DNA from: Planctomycetota bacterium
GTDB lineage: Bacteria; Planctomycetota; SZUA-567; H5-PLA8
Direction of reading: 5' to 3'
Assembly: GCA_038227875.1 (NCBI GenBank)
Contig: JBBRPR010000008.1
Coordinates: 32,001-96,000 of the forward strand
DNA: 64,000 bases
A program made the translations under genes and the position numbers. The notes under the pieces are model-generated. The model had not been told where the DNA came from. It saw only the letters and a list, made by a program, of their open reading frames with translations, and did not search any database. Below, piece after piece: positions 10,674 to 19,028 of this stretch (positions are counted from its first letter, which is position 1; each line of letters begins with the position of its first letter).

Positions 10674-11750
10674 ATGGAGCTAAAAAACGATCCTCAGGCC
10701 TTTTACAAGGCCATCCAAGGTTCGCTGCGCGGATTGGCGGGCAGGAATTTGCCCCCGCTGCTGAAACGCTGGCGGAACACGCGCAGCCACGACGTGGCCA
10801 TGCCGAAAGTCAACGCGGACAAATTGCGCTTTCTCGGGCGACTGGGGCTGCTGGATTCCGGCAGCGAAGAGCCGGAGCTCAACCGTGCGTACGCGGAATT
10901 ACTGGAACGCGTGTCGCGGGTTAGCGGCGATGCTCCGGGGATTGCTGACGGCTGGATCGAACTGTTCGCCAATGGTGAATACGGCGTGCTGGACGCCGGC
11001 GTCTGCGGCGTGGAGCCGCAGTGCGGAAAGTGTCCGCTCAGCAGTGGCTGCCGCTACCTTGCCTCGGGTGCGACCGACGCACGGTCTTTTGGTCAGGACC
11101 TGGCGGTCGAACTGCTGAGCGCGGCCGGATCGCAGCCTGCGGATTTGCGATCGGCGGACATGCTGGCGTTCGCGCTTTCCGGCGAACGCGCGGGCGGGGC
11201 GGACATGGCGCGCGCTGAAGCGGCGCTGAAAGCATCGGGCGGCTTGCGTGGGTTGTTTTCGATGAGCGGCGAGGAGTTGCGCAAGCTGGGCTTCGCTGAT
11301 CCGGCCATCGCGCGGCTGCAGGCGATCGCGGAGCTCTGCCGACATTGGGCGGAAGAGATCAAGACGCGCGGGAAAGTGTTCAGACAGGGCAAGGATTTCT
11401 ACGACCATTTCCACCTGCGGCTGCGGGATATGAAGAAGGAAGTGTTCATTGTAGTGATGATCGACCAGAAAAATCGCCTCATTAAAGAGGAGACCGTGAG
11501 CGAAGGCAGCCTGACGGAGACGCTGGTCCATCCGCGCGAAGTGTTTACCAACGCGGTGCGCGAACGGGCGGCGGCGATCGCGGTCGTGCACAACCATCCG
11601 TCGGGGGATCCGGCGCCCAGCACGCAAGACAAGAACATCACGCGCCGCTTGAAATCCGCGGCGACGCTGCTGGGCATCCGTCTGCTGGACCATGTTATCG
11701 TCGGTGACGGGAAATATTTCAGCTTTGTCGAAGAAGACATCATGGAGTAG
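10674..11750 (+). CDS. radC: RadC-like JAB-domain protein with N-terminal extension carrying a four-Cys Fe-S-like motif
   Basis: KEVF, GSLTETLVHPREVF, HNHPSGDPAPSTQD, LLDHVIVG; N-terminal CGVEPQCGKCPLSSGC. Confidence 0.9.
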   Translation: MELKNDPQAFYKAIQGSLRGLAGRNLPPLLKRWRNTRSHDVAMPKVNADKLRFLGRLGLLDSGSEEPELNRAYAELLERVSRVSGDAPGIADGWIELFANGEYGVLDAGVCGVEPQCGKCPLSSGCRYLASGATDARSFGQDLAVELLSAAGSQPADLRSADMLAFALSGERAGGADMARAEAALKASGGLRGLFSMSGEELRKLGFADPAIARLQAIAELCRHWAEEIKTRGKVFRQGKDFYDHFHLRLRDMKKEVFIVVMIDQKNRLIKEETVSEGSLTETLVHPREVFTNAVRERAAAIAVVHNHPSGDPAPSTQDKNITRRLKSAATLLGIRLLDHVIVGDGKYFSFVEEDIME

Positions 11751-11763
11751 CAAACAGCACGCT

Positions 11764-12486
11764 ATGGTGAGCGCCAACGACAGAGTGACGGAACTGGACA
11801 GGGCCGAATTGGCCGAACCCGATCCGCAGCGGCCGGACCGCCGTTGGTTTGTCTGGTTCCTGAGCGCATTGGCCTTGAATGTGATGGGTATTTTCTGGCT
11901 GGCGGTGCGCGCAGACAGCCCGGAGTCGCTCCGCAACGTGCTGGACGTGCTGATGCAGAGCGCCATCGGTATTGCGGTGGCGGTGGTCGCGTTTCGCGCA
12001 CTGACGTATTTTCCGTACCGCACCAGCGACTTGATGATCATGGTGCTGGTATTGTCCCTGGCGATGAAGCTCACGCTGAGCGTGCTGCAACGCTTCGCGG
12101 CGATCGGCCTGCTGCATCATGGCTTCGCGTCAGGCGACCATCTCGGCGAATTGGTTCAGACCTGCATGATCACTGGCAGCATTCTGATCGGCGGTGGTGC
12201 GTTTGCGCTGCGCACCTGTCAGAAACTAGAGATCCAGCGCCCGCTCCCGCGCGCGGTCGCGCTGGTTGCGGGAATGCTGTCACTCCCTGCCGCGGCGGGG
12301 ACGCTGGTGTTTGGCTTGCTGATTTTCGTGGAAGTCATCAGAGCCAAGCCGGATTACTCGTACACGCCCATGTTCGCGGCGCTGTGGCTGGGCTCAATCG
12401 GGCTGTCGCTGGTGAACGTAACGAATATGGGGCGGATGCTGATGTTGCGGGCGGTGGTTTCGGCGAAGGATCATTTGGCCAGGTAG
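11764..12486 (+). CDS. integral membrane hypothetical protein
   Basis: About 6 hydrophobic segments; starts 13 bp after the radC stop. Confidence 0.75.
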   Translation: MVSANDRVTELDRAELAEPDPQRPDRRWFVWFLSALALNVMGIFWLAVRADSPESLRNVLDVLMQSAIGIAVAVVAFRALTYFPYRTSDLMIMVLVLSLAMKLTLSVLQRFAAIGLLHHGFASGDHLGELVQTCMITGSILIGGGAFALRTCQKLEIQRPLPRAVALVAGMLSLPAAAGTLVFGLLIFVEVIRAKPDYSYTPMFAALWLGSIGLSLVNVTNMGRMLMLRAVVSAKDHLAR

Positions 12487-12507
12487 AGCGACGCAGGCGG
12501 GTGTGCG

Positions 12508-13674
12508 CTAACCCATAATTGCGGTAAGGTGCCAGGAAACAGTGTGCGCTTCGGTGGGGTCGGGAATTTCCAGTTTGTCGATGAGGCGCTCAATTACGCC
12601 GCTCGGGACTTTTGTCGGGCGTTGAGTATTGCGGCGGAGTAATTCCTGATAGGGCGTTTCGAGATAGACGATGCGAATGCGCGCCTTGTAGCCAGCGACC
12701 AGGCGAATGAGTTGGCTGCGCATCTGGCGGGAAATGTTAGTGGCGTTCCAGACGAACGACCGCGCGGCGCGTGCGTGTTCGCGGGCCAATTCTTTCGCGC
12801 GAGCGACGACGGGTCCCTGTTCGTCTTCGGGCCTTATGTTCATCTCGGTGCGAAGTAGATCGAGCGAGATTAATTCGAAGCCGGGTAGATTTTCGCGAAT
12901 CCAGTGGTCCTTGCCGGCGGCGGGCAGGCCGGAGATCAGCACGACGTCGAATTTGCAGTCGTCGTACGCGGCGTACTCCGGCGACGCGTCTTCTTTTTGA
13001 AAATAGACGAAGCGGCTGTGATCCGACGCAAACGTTCGGGGTGCGGTGAGGCATCGGTTCTCCGCGCAGAAATCTTCGAAGAGCGCGATGCGTTCCAGTA
13101 GTTCATTTTTGTCCACGCATTCGCGACCGAGGACGTCGGCTTTCGCGACGAGCGCCAGCCATTGGCACGACACGGTTTGACTCGCTTCAATCACGGCGCG
13201 CTGCGGCGATGTTTTCTCCATGAAAAGCAGGGGCAGACCGTGGTGCCGCACCGTGGCGCAGATGGCTTCACGGACGGACAGCGGCGCCATGTCTTCTCGA
13301 TACATCAGTCCTCGGACTATTTGGGTGCCGTGGCGCGCGTGGCCTTTGGAGGTGATTGTGCCGTCGTCTTGCGTTTGCGTGCAGTGCGGCTTGCCGATGT
13401 CATGAAAGAGCGCCGCCGCCAGAACGATCGAGCGTTCAACGGGCGGGAGCGTGCGCCAATCCTCCAATGATGTGAGCGCTGTGCAAACCATTTGGGTGTG
13501 GATGTGAACGTCGCCTTCCGCGTGCCAGCGCGGGTCTTGAGGGCAGTCTCGCAACGCGGAGATGCATTCCAACTGACTGTCAATGCAGTCCCAGTCCAGA
13601 ATTCCCGATTCGGGCTTCGCGAGCAAGAATGGGACAGTCCATTGGGCTTGAGCGGCTTGGCGATAGAGGCTCAT
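12508..13674 (-). CDS. HD-domain phosphoesterase fused to P-loop polynucleotide kinase (HD-Pnk-like end-healing enzyme)
   Basis: WHAEGDVHIHT, LFHDIGKP, GHA, RHH, AD; C-terminal GLPAAGKD, SLDLLR, WNATN. Confidence 0.9.
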   Translation of the reverse strand: MSLYRQAAQAQWTVPFLLAKPESGILDWDCIDSQLECISALRDCPQDPRWHAEGDVHIHTQMVCTALTSLEDWRTLPPVERSIVLAAALFHDIGKPHCTQTQDDGTITSKGHARHGTQIVRGLMYREDMAPLSVREAICATVRHHGLPLLFMEKTSPQRAVIEASQTVSCQWLALVAKADVLGRECVDKNELLERIALFEDFCAENRCLTAPRTFASDHSRFVYFQKEDASPEYAAYDDCKFDVVLISGLPAAGKDHWIRENLPGFELISLDLLRTEMNIRPEDEQGPVVARAKELAREHARAARSFVWNATNISRQMRSQLIRLVAGYKARIRIVYLETPYQELLRRNTQRPTKVPSGVIERLIDKLEIPDPTEAHTVSWHLTAIMG

Positions 13675-14477
13675 GAGAAACCGCCTTCACTTTCAAAAAT
13701 TTTGACGTCTGACCGCAATCGATTCGGAATGATCGGGCGATTGAGCCAGTGGCCTTCGGCATTGAGCACCGCTGTCAGAAATCCGCGCCGGATAAATTTG
13801 TAGCGATCTTGCACGATACCGTCCTCTTCGATCTTTACGTACAGTCCTTCCATGGTGGTGCTGGGATCTGTTTCGCGTAACGCGCGATCCACGTCTAGTG
13901 CTCGTTCGGTACAATCGCTGCGCAGTTGCTCCAGATGTGAGTCCGAAATGAAGGCGGAATGTCCCAGCAGAGCGGTAATCGCCTCTAACGATTTGATTTT
14001 CCCTGACGACAGTACGTGGACTGACGCGATCGGCAGGCCGGTGAGCAGTTGCTGACGGCGCGGAGTGCTCAGGAACGTTTCGTTTTCGACGTCCAGGATG
14101 TCGAACTCCATGAAGTAGTGTGTCAACTGGTCGTAGAAGACCGTGTGCTTGGCGTATAGCCATTCGCCGTACATGACGTGTTTGCTGCCGAGGCGATCGA
14201 ATAGCGCATCGCGATGAATCTGCGCCCACTGCTTGAAGAGCGTGAAGTGCTTCTCGCGTGCGCCACCCGTCAGAAAATGTCCGCGGCTTTGCAGTAGCAA
14301 TTCGCCGCCGGCACCGAAACTGACGGCGGAGTTTGCTCCGTCGACCTTTTCTTCGACAACGAGGTGGCGGCCGGCCAGTTCTGCAAACGGAACGCTCTCC
14401 ATGTCCTCATCGCCGGGCTGCTGGCGCGAACCGCGGAGATGCCGTGTGCGGGGGTATTTGTAGAGTCGTTGATTCAT
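13671..14477 (-). CDS. ATP-dependent RNA ligase family protein
   Basis: KYPRTRHL, motif I EEKVDGAN, QSRG, GEW, FMEFDI, EGLYVK, RYKF. Confidence 0.9.
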   Translation of the reverse strand: MNQRLYKYPRTRHLRGSRQQPGDEDMESVPFAELAGRHLVVEEKVDGANSAVSFGAGGELLLQSRGHFLTGGAREKHFTLFKQWAQIHRDALFDRLGSKHVMYGEWLYAKHTVFYDQLTHYFMEFDILDVENETFLSTPRRQQLLTGLPIASVHVLSSGKIKSLEAITALLGHSAFISDSHLEQLRSDCTERALDVDRALRETDPSTTMEGLYVKIEEDGIVQDRYKFIRRGFLTAVLNAEGHWLNRPIIPNRLRSDVKIFESEGGFS

Positions 14478-15157
14478 GACGTCACCCGGGCGACAGCGAT
14501 CAGATGGTTGAGTACATGGTCAAACGTGATCGACGATGCACCTGCGTCCTTGAACAATATTTCCAGCGTTTCCTGATTGAACAAATGAATGTGTTCTGGA
14601 TTGTTGTCCTCTTTTGAGGGCACGGAAACAATCACAAAGCGGCTGGCGACACGCATGGCCTCGCGGAGCGCGGCCTGGGCATCGGCGATATGCTCCAGAA
14701 CTTCCAGAAACGTGACGACGTCGAAGGCGCGGTCGGCGAAGGTCATGAGCGTTGCATCCATGACCTGCGCCGAGAGCCGTTCGATGCCACCGTCGCGAAT
14801 GGCCAGCAGATCATCGACTCGCCGCTCTTGCTGGTCGATGCAGGTGACGGGTAACTCCGGAAAGCAGTCCAGCAGAGGCCACAGAAACGCGCCGCGTCCG
14901 CTGCCGATGTCCAGCAGGTCCGATGGCGCGATGCCTTTCAACGCGCCGAGCACTCGATTGACGCGCCTCAGTCCCATCGTTCGCTTGAATTTGTGGAGAC
15001 GCAGGTCGGCCTGACGGCCGAGAGTCAGGATCTCCTCCAATTCCAGCGCGGTGAGGTCGTTCAACGGTTTGGCGCGGTAGTCATTGGGCAGAACGACGGC
15101 AGTCTTGCCGCGGATGAATGCGACGGCAATGCGCGTGAAGTAGTTGTCGCTATCCAT
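14474..15157 (-). CDS. class I SAM-dependent methyltransferase
   Basis: LLDIGSGRG, FDVVTFLEVLEHI, VSVPSKEDNNPEHIHLF. Confidence 0.9.
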   Translation of the reverse strand: MDSDNYFTRIAVAFIRGKTAVVLPNDYRAKPLNDLTALELEEILTLGRQADLRLHKFKRTMGLRRVNRVLGALKGIAPSDLLDIGSGRGAFLWPLLDCFPELPVTCIDQQERRVDDLLAIRDGGIERLSAQVMDATLMTFADRAFDVVTFLEVLEHIADAQAALREAMRVASRFVIVSVPSKEDNNPEHIHLFNQETLEILFKDAGASSITFDHVLNHLIAVARVTS

Positions 15158-15863
15158 GGCCCATCCCCCTGATCTCAGCGCCGTACTGCGCCTTGAGCGC
15201 TTGGATCTCTTTGGAATTCAACTGTCTCTTTCCCACGGCGTAGGCGTGGTCGCCGTAGTATTGAGCAAAAGTGGCGTACGTCTTGTGAATGCAGTAGCAC
15301 TTTAAAACCACGTCCCACACCAGGGCTCGATCGTTGGGCAGTGGTTTGAGCTGAACCTCGAACCAGATGCCGTTCAATTTTCGATACTGCGTCAGCGCAT
15401 CGACGGTGAGGTATTCCTTGGGCGCCGCGACTTTGCGGCGCCTGTAATTGGGATTCTCGCGCAGCATTCGAGTTTCGGGATCCACATAGAATCGCTGCCA
15501 GATTCGCCGTCCGCTTTGATCCAGATAGATTCCTTCGCGTTCGAAGACGTTGATGCAGACGTACTGGATGACGTGTTGCCAGATGTGTAGCTGCACGACC
15601 GAGTTCAAATTGATGCGCTCGCGGATTTCGGAGTTCACATCGTCCCAGTGCCGGCCCAGGTTGGAGCGAAGAAAGCGGCGCAGGGGCGCGAGGTTTTCGT
15701 TCAGCCATTTTGGATTGCGGCTCCAATGCCGTTGCATGCCCTCCTTCGTGGGCCATTCGTCCATGGGCATACGTTGCAACGCGCGTAAACTTCCCTTGGG
15801 TGTTTTGTATCCGCCGCCGCCGCGCGGCCGTTCCACGATGATTTTGGCCATGTCTTTACGCAT
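15150..15863 (-). CDS. conserved hypothetical basic protein, first gene of the putative RNA repair operon
   Basis: AAGGA SD; MRKDMAKIIVERPR, LNENLAPLRRFLRSNLGRHWDDV.SEI, FYVDPET, KRQLNSKE; overlaps the next gene. Confidence 0.8.
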   Translation of the reverse strand: MRKDMAKIIVERPRGGGGYKTPKGSLRALQRMPMDEWPTKEGMQRHWSRNPKWLNENLAPLRRFLRSNLGRHWDDVNSEIRERINLNSVVQLHIWQHVIQYVCINVFEREGIYLDQSGRRIWQRFYVDPETRMLRENPNYRRRKVAAPKEYLTVDALTQYRKLNGIWFEVQLKPLPNDRALVWDVVLKCYCIHKTYATFAQYYGDHAYAVGKRQLNSKEIQALKAQYGAEIRGMGHG

Positions 15864-16071
15864 GGATTTTCCTTACGAAGGCATAATTTCTCCCCGTCAA
15901 AAACGCGCAACGCGTTTTGAATGTGTGACGTCGGCTCATGCGTGGAGCGGCGCGAGAACGCGCGCTCAAACGATAGAGCACATCATCGGAATTGAATTGG
16001 GCAGGGGGCTCGGACGGAACAGATTTGGAGGCGTGTCAATGAAGACACTTGGGCATAGCGTAAGACAACGT

Positions 16072-16131
16072 TTACTTCGCGATGCTGGATCCCAATCTCG
16101 TCGGGGCACCTATAGTCGTTGGTCGCGTCAT
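16072..16131 (-). CDS. possible 19-aa leader peptide MTRPTTIGAPTRLGSSIAK
   Basis: GAAAGGA SD 7 nt upstream of the ATG, downstream of TTGACA at 16203-16208. Confidence 0.3.
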   Translation of the reverse strand: MTRPTTIGAPTRLGSSIAK

Positions 16132-16217
16132 GGACTGATCCTTTCAGGCGGCGGCGGTCAGAGCCGAAGCCAGTGGGACAATTAACCCTGCGGATTGTGG
16201 AGTGTCAAGAGTTCAGA

Positions 16218-16256
16218 GAACAAAACTCGCCGCAGGATCGCGGCGAGGTTTTGTTC
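16218..16256 (-). terminator. rho-independent terminator
   Basis: ctcgccgc/gcggcgag stem with flanking A/T tracts; same stem as 27722-27753. Confidence 0.75.
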
Positions 16257-16294
16257 GGTTCAACTTTCAACTTTCTCGACTCAACTCACCGCCG

Positions 16295-16957
16295 TTACGG
16301 CAGTTCCTCGCCGGGCGAGATTTTTTTCTTTCTCGCTTCGATCATTTCGCGGGCGGTTTTGTATTGGGGGACGGGTTCGGCGGGGTTTTCTTTCTTGATC
16401 ACCCGGACGCAGTAGGCCGGCCACTGGAAACCATCAACACGGAGGTTCTCTTCCATGTGGTCGATGGCGTAATCGCCGCGCGCCAGGCGCGCCTTGAGTT
16501 CATCGATGGCGAAGATGCGTTTGCCGGGGCCGGTGAGCTTGTCGCGGAGCGCGGAGAAGAAACCGTGGCTTGCGGGTTCGAAGAGCACCAGTTTACCGTC
16601 GGGAACCAGCACGCGGTGGAATTCGGCGAGCACGGTCCACGGCGGACGAATTGAAAAAAGTGCTTCGAACGACAGTACGGCATCGAAGCTGTGTCTGATA
16701 AAGGGCAGTCGCGTTGCTCTTCCTGCGACAATTTGTATCGAATTGGACACTCCCGATTTTCCGGCTTGCGTCAGCCGTTCAGGCGACGAATCGAGCATGG
16801 TCACGGGGTGTCCGGCGATCAACGGCAGCACGCGTTTGATGCATTCGGCGCCGTGCGGGCCGGGCGTAATCAGCAGGATGCGCTCGCTGCCTTGCAGTCG
16901 GGCGACCCGCATTGCAACGTCGACTACAGTTTCTGCCATCAACACTCCGTCCGACAC
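16295..16957 (-). CDS. class I SAM-dependent methyltransferase-like protein (degenerate motif I)
   Basis: ATRLPF..SFDAV, LAEFHRVLVPDGKLVLFE; motif I reads LITPGPHG. Confidence 0.75.
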   Translation of the reverse strand: MSDGVLMAETVVDVAMRVARLQGSERILLITPGPHGAECIKRVLPLIAGHPVTMLDSSPERLTQAGKSGVSNSIQIVAGRATRLPFIRHSFDAVLSFEALFSIRPPWTVLAEFHRVLVPDGKLVLFEPASHGFFSALRDKLTGPGKRIFAIDELKARLARGDYAIDHMEENLRVDGFQWPAYCVRVIKKENPAEPVPQYKTAREMIEARKKKISPGEELP

Positions 16958-17098
16958 GCGAAAGCTCCTTTCTGAACGGTTGAAGGATAGCCAAAGGACC
17001 CCACAGCGCCAGAGCGTTCATCACGACATGCGATTTAAATGCCAAAAATTCACGTGTCGGCTAACATTATCAGCGTTTGAACCGGCAAGGAGTGCTGT

Positions 17099-18559
17099 GT
17101 GCTCAGAAAAGTGCTGATTGTCGTCGCGATTCTCACCACGATTGCGTTCGTCGTGACGCGCTTGCGCATGCGCAGTCAAGCGGCTGTAGTTGCCGATGCG
17201 GGAGATGGCGAGCAACTCGCGGTGCCGAAACCGAAACCGGCCGTGCCGCGGACTTCCGGACCGAAGCCGCCGAACGTGGTGTTGATCGTGATCGACACGC
17301 TGCGGCGCGATCATCTCGGTTGTTACGGGTATTCGAAGCCAACGACGCCGCAGATCGACAAGCTCGCGGCTCAAGGCGTGCGCGCCGAGGAAATGATCGC
17401 CAGTTGCAGCTGGACGATTCCCAGCCTGATGAGCATCTTCACGAGTCTGCCGCCGTCGCTGCATCAGGCGACGTTTCGCACGCGCTTCGGAGCGGGGATT
17501 ACGACTCTGGCGGACGAACTGCACGGGCAGGGCTTTCAGACTGTGGGATATGCGTCGAATCCGTTCGCGAAAACGGCGAACGGATTTTCGCTCGGTTTTG
17601 ACGAGTACACGGAGTTCGACGGACTGATGGCTGAGATGCATGGCGAACGCAAGCCGCCGCCGATCTGGGAAGTGCGGTCAAGCGCGACGGTGACGCGGCT
17701 GGCGTCGAAGTGGCTCGACGGACGCAACGCGGCGCAGCCGTTTTTTCTGTTCGCGCTCTATTTTGATCCACATGCCGACTATGTCCCGGTTCCTCCAAAC
17801 GACACCTTGTTCGATCCGGATTACACGGGAACGGTGAAAGGGAATCTGCTCTCGATGCCCGATCCGAAGCTCAACGCGCGTGATCGGGCGCATGTGGAGG
17901 CATTGTACGACGGCGAGATCCGCGACACGGACGGTTGCGTCGGCGAGTTGATCGCAAAGATCGACGCGCTGGGTCTGGCCAACGACACGATCGTGGTCGT
18001 GACGTCGGATCACGGAGAGGAATTTTGGAATCACGGTCAAACGTTGCACGGGCACACACTCTACGACGAACTGCTGCGCGTGCCATTTGTCGTGCGCTGG
18101 CCGGGGCATGTGGAAGCGGGGAAAGCGTTGAGCGGACAGATCAGCAGCATGAGCATTATGCCGACGGTGATTGAGGCGGTGGGCGGGCGAATTCCCGTGC
18201 AATGCCAGAGTCCCAGCGTGTGGAATTTCCTGACCGGCAAAGCGCCACTGGAAGCGCGGCCGGTGTGTGCGGAGACCGACTATCAAGGGATCAACCTGCG
18301 CATGATCCGCACGCCGACGCAGAAGATCGTCTACGACGTGGAGAAGGGGACGAAGTCGATTTTCGATCTGGTGCAGGATCCTAAAGAGCAAACGAATCTT
18401 GCCGATAAACCGCCGATATGGGTAGCGGAGTTGAACGGAGAGTTCGACGTGTGGGCCAAGTCGGTCAACTCGATCCGGAGCACGATGGCGCCGGCGCGGG
18501 ATGCGGAGCTGGACGCCAAGACGCTGGAGCAGCTCAAACAGCTGGGATATGGGCAGTGA
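17099..18559 (+). CDS. membrane-anchored sulfatase-like hydrolase (alkaline phosphatase superfamily)
   Basis: PNVVLIVIDTLRRDHLGCYGY, WTIPS..SIFT, DPHADY, YDGEI, TSDHGEEF..HG, C-terminal LKQLGY. Confidence 0.92.
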   Translation: MLRKVLIVVAILTTIAFVVTRLRMRSQAAVVADAGDGEQLAVPKPKPAVPRTSGPKPPNVVLIVIDTLRRDHLGCYGYSKPTTPQIDKLAAQGVRAEEMIASCSWTIPSLMSIFTSLPPSLHQATFRTRFGAGITTLADELHGQGFQTVGYASNPFAKTANGFSLGFDEYTEFDGLMAEMHGERKPPPIWEVRSSATVTRLASKWLDGRNAAQPFFLFALYFDPHADYVPVPPNDTLFDPDYTGTVKGNLLSMPDPKLNARDRAHVEALYDGEIRDTDGCVGELIAKIDALGLANDTIVVVTSDHGEEFWNHGQTLHGHTLYDELLRVPFVVRWPGHVEAGKALSGQISSMSIMPTVIEAVGGRIPVQCQSPSVWNFLTGKAPLEARPVCAETDYQGINLRMIRTPTQKIVYDVEKGTKSIFDLVQDPKEQTNLADKPPIWVAELNGEFDVWAKSVNSIRSTMAPARDAELDAKTLEQLKQLGYGQ

Positions 18560-18574
18560 CGGGCGTGGAAAAAC

Positions 18575-18760
18575 ATTCAACATTCTAAATTAAGAAACGC
18601 ACGCGTTGGGAATCGATTTTTGAACTGACCGGACTGATTCCAGCCGGGCAATGGTCGAATGTTCAAAAGTCAGCATGGGGACCATGGTCCCCATGCTGAC
18701 TTCAATTCTGGCCGCAGAACGCCGCTCTAACGCGTGCGTTTTGAATTTTTAATTGTGAAT
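18575..18760. repeat. REP/MITE-like element: terminal inverted repeats around a perfect 36-bp palindrome
   Basis: aaacgcacgcgtt 18595-18607 / aacgcgtgcgttt 18729-18741; palindrome aagtcagcatggggacca|tggtccccatgctgactt 18667-18702. Confidence 0.75.
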
Positions 18761-19028
18761 TATTTTCACGCGTGATTGAAAATCCATCACGATAACGTGT
18801 GTGGATTCGCTACACAATAGTCTTCTTTTAGAGGCATCGCCCGGTGCTGCGAAACTCAAAACACAAAACAGAAAACTCAAAACTGTCTCCGTGTTGGATT
18901 TTACAACAGTATCATTAACGGTCGCAATCGTGCGATTGGCCGAAAATACAAAAAATGTTTATTCCAGCTATGGGATGGAGTTGCAAAAGCGTGTACACTA
19001 ATTGATCGATCTGGAGGCATCCCCACGC

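Noticed and set aside
10674..12486. radC as part of the RNA repair operon or of a mobile island
   Set aside because: Opposite strand, convergent; no integrase, direct repeats or clear composition boundary seen
15990..16025. GTTC...CCA stretch on the minus strand resembling a tRNA 3' end
   Set aside because: No cloverleaf, T-arm pairing or acceptor stem can be built
16295..16957. Second methyltransferase as a member of the repair operon
   Set aside because: Separated by a terminator (16218-16256) and about 430 bp containing separate promoter-like boxes
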